Part shown: in pieces, positions 58,379 to 64,000 of the stretch
Numbering within the stretch: position 1 is the stretch's first letter
How the letters are laid out: each line of letters starts with the position of its first letter
From: Succinivibrio sp.
GTDB taxonomy: Bacteria; Bacillota; Clostridia; Lachnospirales; Lachnospiraceae
DNA: 64,000 nt
Direction of reading: 5' to 3'
Assembly: GCA_963591995.1 (NCBI GenBank)
Contig: CAVAUJ010000003.1
Coordinates: forward strand, 6,302 to 70,301
Position numbers and translations under genes: made by a program
The notes under the pieces: model-generated
Seen by the model: only the letters and a program-made list of their open reading frames with translations
Databases searched by the model: none
What the model was told of the DNA's origin: nothing

Positions 58379-60961
58379 ATGGAAGAAACGAAGAACACAG
58401 GCAATTCCGCAATGATACGAATCGCATCCTTTATTGTAGACAAGAGGATGCTGTTCTTCCTGATCTATATCATCATGATGATCTTCTCGGTATTCTCCTC
58501 CAACTGGGTGAAGGTCAACAATGATCTGGCGGATTACCTTCCTTCCACCACGGAGACCAAGCAAGGCCTGGAGATCATGGACAGGGAGTTCACTACCTTT
58601 GGCTCCGCGAAGATCATGGTGGCGAACATTTCCTTTCAGGACGCGCAGAAGCTCAAGGGCGAGATCGAGGATATGGACGGCGTATCGACCGTGACCTTCA
58701 CGACGGAGGATGCGGATCAGGAGGATTTCGTCCAGCATTACAACGACGGCTCTGCTCTGTACAATGTCAGCTTCTCCTATTCCGAAAACGATGACAGGGC
58801 ATTGGAAGCGCTGGAGGGCGTGAAGGAGAACCTGTCCGCCTACGATATCTACGTGGAGACATCGCTCGGCAACCAGCAGGCGGAGACCATTCAGGAGGAG
58901 ATCAATAAGATCATGGTGCTGGTGGCCGTCGTTGTGGTGACGGTGCTCCTGCTCTCCTGTGAATCCTACGGCGAGATTCCGGTGCTGCTGCTGACCTTCG
59001 TGGCATCCATGATCATGAATGCCGGGACCAATTTCCTCATGGGGACCATTTCCTTCGTCTCCAACTCGGTTTCGTCCATTCTGCAGCTGGCACTGTCGGT
59101 GGATTATGCCATTATCTTCTGCAACCGTTACAAGGAGGAGCTGAGAGACTACGACGTGCACGATGCGGTGGTGGTCGCTCTTTCCAAATCCATTCCGGAG
59201 ATCATGTCGAGCTCGCTCACCACGATTTCCGGTCTGATGGCCATGATCTTCATGCAATACCGCATCGGAGCGGACATGGGAATTGTACTGATCAAGGCCA
59301 TCCTGCTGAGCCTTCTGTCGGTATTCACGCTGATGCCGGGGCTGCTGGTCATTTTCTCCGGGGTTATGGCGCGGACCAAGCATAAGAGCTTTATTCCGAA
59401 GATCAGTGCGATCGGACATTTTGCCTATAAGTCCCGTTTCGTTCTGCCGGCGATTTTCGCCGTGGTCTTCGTCACGTTCTGCGTGCTCTCCCAGAAAACG
59501 CCCTACGTTTACGGCTACTCTACGCTGGATACGCCCATCCGGAATGACCAGCAGAAGGCCGAGGAGCTGATGGACAGCACCTTCGGTTCCCAGAACTATT
59601 GTGCCATTGTGGTGCCGGCGGGCAATTACCGGAAGGAAGCCAAGCTCATCAAGGATCTGGAGACCTACAGCGAGGTGGACTATTGTCAGGGACTGGCCAA
59701 CACCGAGGCAATGGACGGCTATATGCTGACGGATGAACTCTCCCCCCGGGAATTCTCGGAACTGCTGGATCTGGATTATGAGGTGGCAGAGCTGCTGTAT
59801 ACGACCTATGCCGCGGATCAGGAGGAGTACGGGAGGATCGTCGGAGGAATTTCTTCCTATAAGGTTCCGCTCATGGACATGCTGATGTTCGTCTATGAGA
59901 AGAGTGAGGAAGGCTATATTACGCTGGACGATGACCTCAGCAGCACGCTCTCCGATGCCTATCAGCAGATCAGCGACGGGCGCAAGCAGCTGGAAGGCGA
60001 TGACTATGACCGCATTCTGGTCTATCTGACCATTCCGCTGCCGGAGCAGGACGATGCAGGGTTTGACTTTGTCGATACCATGCACAACCTGGCCCAGTCC
60101 TATTATGAAGGAGACTCCGTCTACGTCGTCGGCGACGCAACCTCCCAGAGGGATCTGCGGGATTCCTTCTCACGGGACAACATTGTGGTCAGCGTGGTGT
60201 CCATTCTGTTCGTTCTGGTGATCCTGCTGTTCACCTTTAAGTCGGCCGGGCTGCCGGTGCTGCTGGTGGCGGTCATCGAGGGCGCGATCTTCATCAACTT
60301 CGGCATACCGACCATCACGCAGAGCAAGCTGTTCTTCATGGGCTACCTGATCGTCAGCTCCATCCAGATGGGTGCCAACATTGACTACGCCATCGTGATC
60401 TCCAGCCGGTACATTGAGTGCAGAAAGAGCATGGATCGGAGAGAGGCGGTAATCGAAGCATTGAATTTCGGCTTCCCCACGATCATTACCTCCGGCTCCA
60501 TGATGATCCTGGCCGGTGTGTTCATCGGACAGATGACCTCGGACGCCTGCATTGCCGGCATCGGACAATGCCTGGGAAGAGGAACGACCATTTCCGTTAT
60601 TCTGGTCATGTTCGTTTTGCCGCAGATCCTGATCATCGGGGACGGATTGATTGCCAAGACAACCTTCGAGCTGGAGCATCCGGTGAAGACCAAGGAGGAG
60701 TCCGGCACCGTTGTGATCAACGGCGCCATCCGCGGCACCATCAACGGTACCGTGGTGGGCACGATGAACGCGGTGGTTCGCGGAGATGTACGGGCCATGG
60801 TGGTATCGGGCAAGATCAACAAGGTGGATGACCCGAAGGCGGGAACCGAGGAGCAGGAGAAAATAACCGGGCCTGTGGCGGAAACCGACGCAGAGGATGT
60901 GAGCTACACAGAGGATGTGAGAGAAACAGAAACCGATGCAGGGACGGAAACCGAGGCATGA
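58379..60961 (+). CDS. MMPL/RND family transporter
   Basis: Two TM bundles; LQLALSVDYAII, SSLTTISG, IQMGANIDYAI, large extracytoplasmic loops. Confidence 0.9.
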   Translation: MEETKNTGNSAMIRIASFIVDKRMLFFLIYIIMMIFSVFSSNWVKVNNDLADYLPSTTETKQGLEIMDREFTTFGSAKIMVANISFQDAQKLKGEIEDMDGVSTVTFTTEDADQEDFVQHYNDGSALYNVSFSYSENDDRALEALEGVKENLSAYDIYVETSLGNQQAETIQEEINKIMVLVAVVVVTVLLLSCESYGEIPVLLLTFVASMIMNAGTNFLMGTISFVSNSVSSILQLALSVDYAIIFCNRYKEELRDYDVHDAVVVALSKSIPEIMSSSLTTISGLMAMIFMQYRIGADMGIVLIKAILLSLLSVFTLMPGLLVIFSGVMARTKHKSFIPKISAIGHFAYKSRFVLPAIFAVVFVTFCVLSQKTPYVYGYSTLDTPIRNDQQKAEELMDSTFGSQNYCAIVVPAGNYRKEAKLIKDLETYSEVDYCQGLANTEAMDGYMLTDELSPREFSELLDLDYEVAELLYTTYAADQEEYGRIVGGISSYKVPLMDMLMFVYEKSEEGYITLDDDLSSTLSDAYQQISDGRKQLEGDDYDRILVYLTIPLPEQDDAGFDFVDTMHNLAQSYYEGDSVYVVGDATSQRDLRDSFSRDNIVVSVVSILFVLVILLFTFKSAGLPVLLVAVIEGAIFINFGIPTITQSKLFFMGYLIVSSIQMGANIDYAIVISSRYIECRKSMDRREAVIEALNFGFPTIITSGSMMILAGVFIGQMTSDACIAGIGQCLGRGTTISVILVMFVLPQILIIGDGLIAKTTFELEHPVKTKEESGTVVINGAIRGTINGTVVGTMNAVVRGDVRAMVVSGKINKVDDPKAGTEEQEKITGPVAETDAEDVSYTEDVRETETDAGTETEA

Positions 60962-61022
60962 TGCCGCAGCTGAGCAGCAAATATCCGGGTAAGGAAACAG
61001 ATAAGGAAACAGAAAGGATCGC

Positions 61023-64000
61023 ATGAACCGCATGAATCGAAGAACAAGGAACAAATGCGCGCGCGCGGCGGCAGCCATTCTTGCGGCACAGACCGCAGCT
61101 GCCGCAGCATATCTGCCCGCACAGGCTGCTTCCGTGACGGATCTTCAGCAGCAGGCAGAGGATCTGGTGAACCAGAACGTCATAAGCTCCGGCACGGCGG
61201 TCACCGAGGAGAACAATACGGATTCGGAGGACGGAACGCAGGAGGCGCAGGCAGGGGTTAATACGGCAGACATCTCCGGGACGGCGGCGGATAGCTACGA
61301 GACCATTACCGTTCGTACGACGGAGGAATTCCGTGAGCTGGCGAAGAATTGCCGCTATGACACCTGGTCCAGAGACAAGAAGGTTCTGCTGGAAGCGGAC
61401 CTGGATTTCTCCAAAGAGGAATTCACGCCCATTGAATCCTTCGGCGGCATCTTTGACGGACAGGGGCACACCATCTCGGGAATTTCGATCTCCGGGAGTA
61501 TGTCGGAAACCGGTGTGTTCGGAACCATACAGAACACAGGAACGGTATCGAATCTGAAGGCAGAGGGGATCATCGCACCGAGCGGCTCGCAGAGCAAGCT
61601 CGGCGGCATCGCGGGCATCAATTACGGACAGATCACAGACTGCAGCTTTGACGGACGACTGGAGGGCAACAGTGAGCTGGGCGGCATCGTCGGCCGGAAC
61701 GGCCGGATGGGCACGATCTCTTCCTGTACGAGCGGCGGCGCCATTGTCGGTACGACGTCCTGCGGCGGCATTGCGGGCTACAACGAGGGAACCATCCTGA
61801 ATTGTGTCAATGAAGCCAACGTCAATACGACCTACCAGGATTCCAATCGGACCGTGGATCAGTTGTCCAGCACCATTGAGAACATCCTGACCTCCGGTGA
61901 TCTCACGAGCTTTGAGAATCTGGAAATCAACGCCGACACCGGCGGCATCGCGGGCTTCTCCTCCGGTGTCATTGCCTCCTGTACCAATGAGGCACAGATC
62001 GGCTATGCCCACGTGGGCTACAACGTGGGCGGCATTGCGGGGCGCAGCTCCGGCTTCCTGCAGAGCAATACCAACAATGGGACGATTTACGGCCGCAAGG
62101 ACGTGGGCGGAATTGTCGGACAGATGCAGCCGTACCTGTCGGTGGAATTCACAGAGGATGCGCTGAGCAGTCTGGAGTCCGAGCTGGATCAGCTGGATTC
62201 CCTGGTGAACACCGGACTGGACAACGCGGACAGCTACAGCACCAGTACGCTCAATCATCTGACGAACATTACCGGTCTGACCAGGACGGCGCAGGATTCG
62301 GCAAAGGGCCTTGCCAGGGAGGGTGCCGATCAATACGATCAGGCGGTGAGCAAGCTGAATACGGCGACCTCCACCCTTCAGAGCTCTCTTTCTACGCTCG
62401 CCGGCACCTCCGGAAAGCTGGGAACTTATCTGAACAAGGCGGAGAGCGCGGTATCCTCTCTCGGCACGGCGGCCGGCAGCTATCTGCAGGGGATCAGCCT
62501 GAGTCAGGAGGATCGGACGGCCGTCACGAACTACATCAGCCAGTTCAAGGAGGGCGCGGAGAAGGTCAGAAGCGGCGTGCAGCAGCTCGCCGATCTGAAT
62601 CTGGACGGGCCGTCCGTTGAAGACGCCGACAGCCAGACACAGCAGGAGCTCCGGCAGCAGGTCTCCGAGGCCCTGACCACCATCCGCGAGGGGTATGAAG
62701 AGATGAACGGCGCCGTGGACGGCATGGTGGAAATTCTGTCCAAGGAGGAGTATCAGGGAAGCGAGGAGGCACAGGAGGCGCTTTCGAGTCTTCAGGACGT
62801 CCGAAGCTCTCTGGATGCCTTGAATGAGGAAATTCAGAATGCCGAGAGCCGGCTGCATGTTCTGGATTCACAGGACAGCCAGGATGCCTTCACGAACGGC
62901 GATTTCTCCGTGAGCGATCTGAACGGTCTGGTGAAGGACCTGACACAGCAGCAGGCAGAGCTGCTGAAGGATTATCCGGACATTGCGAATCCGGAGCTGG
63001 ATCCGGACACGCATTCGGACGAGGAACTGACGGCGTGGTTTATGGACAGCTACGGGCTCAGCCAGGAGGATGCCGCTGAATATACCGATCGGTACAAGAC
63101 CTGCCGGGAGCAGTACAAAAGCGTAACGGAGAGCATTGCAGAGCTGCTGGAGAGTGCGGGAAGCCTTGGAACCGATCCGGAGGCGATTTCCAACTGGATC
63201 AAGGAGAGCGCGGAGGACATTCGGAAAACCCTGGAGCAGATTCAATCGGGCATCTCGGATCAGAAGACATCGATCAGCGGTCTTTTGAAGATCGCGGAAA
63301 AATACAGCGGCAATGCCCTGAATACCTCGGATCTTGCCACCGCACTCAAGAATGCGGGCAGTGCGCTGCAGAATGCACCGGACGTCACCTCCGATCTTTC
63401 CGGTGCCCTGAATGCGCTGGCTTCTCTGGACCTGAAATTAAACGGCATAAGCGATGCCATGCGCAGCAGCGGCACCAATCTGTACGATGCGATGAACCAG
63501 CTCAATTCCGAGATCCAGTCGCTCAACGATGCGCTGCGTACGGAATCCGGGGAAGGGCTGGACAATCTGCGGGCGATCACCTCCCAGTTCGACACGGTCA
63601 TGGAAACGCTTCGTGAGGCGGCCGAGGATGTGAAGAATGTGGCGGACAATTCCGTTGAGGACGTGTCGGACGAAGATGTCGCCGGGACCTATGAGGGGCG
63701 CGTCACCTCCTGCACCAACTACGGGGCCGTGAACGGCGATACCAATGCCGGCGGCATTACCGGCATGATCGGTGTCGAGTATGACCTGGATCCGGAAACG
63801 GACATTCAGAGCAGCGGGACCTCGTCCCTGGACTATATTTTCCACGCCAAATGCATCGCGGATCATTGCACCAACCGCGGCAAGGTGACGGCCCGCAGCA
63901 ATTACTGCGGCGGCATTGCAGGTCATATGGAAATGGGACTTGCAGCGGACAATGCCAATTATGAAACGGTCAAGGGAAACAATTATGTGGGCGGCATCGC
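61023..64000 (+). CDS. Large secreted GLUG-repeat protein with central coiled-coil insert (3' end outside window; absent from ORF track)
   Basis: Frame open from ATG 61023 (or 61032) to the window end; signal peptide, FGGIFDGQGHTISG, repeated GGIAG/GGIVG motifs, helical region ~62150-63660, GLUG motifs resume afterwards. Confidence 0.82.
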   Translation, partial: MNRMNRRTRNKCARAAAAILAAQTAAAAAYLPAQAASVTDLQQQAEDLVNQNVISSGTAVTEENNTDSEDGTQEAQAGVNTADISGTAADSYETITVRTTEEFRELAKNCRYDTWSRDKKVLLEADLDFSKEEFTPIESFGGIFDGQGHTISGISISGSMSETGVFGTIQNTGTVSNLKAEGIIAPSGSQSKLGGIAGINYGQITDCSFDGRLEGNSELGGIVGRNGRMGTISSCTSGGAIVGTTSCGGIAGYNEGTILNCVNEANVNTTYQDSNRTVDQLSSTIENILTSGDLTSFENLEINADTGGIAGFSSGVIASCTNEAQIGYAHVGYNVGGIAGRSSGFLQSNTNNGTIYGRKDVGGIVGQMQPYLSVEFTEDALSSLESELDQLDSLVNTGLDNADSYSTSTLNHLTNITGLTRTAQDSAKGLAREGADQYDQAVSKLNTATSTLQSSLSTLAGTSGKLGTYLNKAESAVSSLGTAAGSYLQGISLSQEDRTAVTNYISQFKEGAEKVRSGVQQLADLNLDGPSVEDADSQTQQELRQQVSEALTTIREGYEEMNGAVDGMVEILSKEEYQGSEEAQEALSSLQDVRSSLDALNEEIQNAESRLHVLDSQDSQDAFTNGDFSVSDLNGLVKDLTQQQAELLKDYPDIANPELDPDTHSDEELTAWFMDSYGLSQEDAAEYTDRYKTCREQYKSVTESIAELLESAGSLGTDPEAISNWIKESAEDIRKTLEQIQSGISDQKTSISGLLKIAEKYSGNALNTSDLATALKNAGSALQNAPDVTSDLSGALNALASLDLKLNGISDAMRSSGTNLYDAMNQLNSEIQSLNDALRTESGEGLDNLRAITSQFDTVMETLREAAEDVKNVADNSVEDVSDEDVAGTYEGRVTSCTNYGAVNGDTNAGGITGMIGVEYDLDPETDIQSSGTSSLDYIFHAKCIADHCTNRGKVTARSNYCGGIAGHMEMGLAADNANYETVKGNNYVGGI

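Noticed and set aside
14469..62858. Other long overlapping ORFs (e.g. 14469..15944, 16653..18596, 37287..39374, 42134..44047, 50236..52551, 55831..57276, 60816..62858)
   Set aside because: They overlap well-supported genes on the opposite strand or frame and have no motifs; expected in high-GC coding DNA

Overview
GC-rich chromosomal window, probably from an anaerobic Firmicute (Clostridia/Lachnospiraceae-like; inferred from gene content only). In order: small accessory genes; a type II fatty-acid synthesis operon (acpP-fabK-fabD-fabG-fabF-accB-fabZ-accC-accD-accA) that lacks fabH and FabT/FapR but ends with an acyl-CoA synthetase and a PAS/wHTH regulator; a three-gene glycyl-radical enzyme (GRE) module with a non-canonical Cys loop; a surface-anchored caspase-like protein; a long cell-envelope region (ddl, murF, L,D-transpeptidase, murT-gatD, flippase, AlgI/AlgJ-like O-acetylation, GT2/GT-C, radical SAM, LCP); and a TetR/amidohydrolase/MMPL/GLUG-protein block cut by the window end. 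I found no rRNA, tRNA, CRISPR array, integrase or transposase. Best leads: SARP-type phased heptamer boxes at the fab promoter, the GCVVP-type GRE with a palindrome abutting its -35, a ~200-nt structured non-coding element with its own promoter (49.26-49.47 kb), the caspase-like surface protein flanked by a 13-bp direct repeat, and a perfect 33-bp palindrome. All calls come from reading motifs by eye; no database searches were run.
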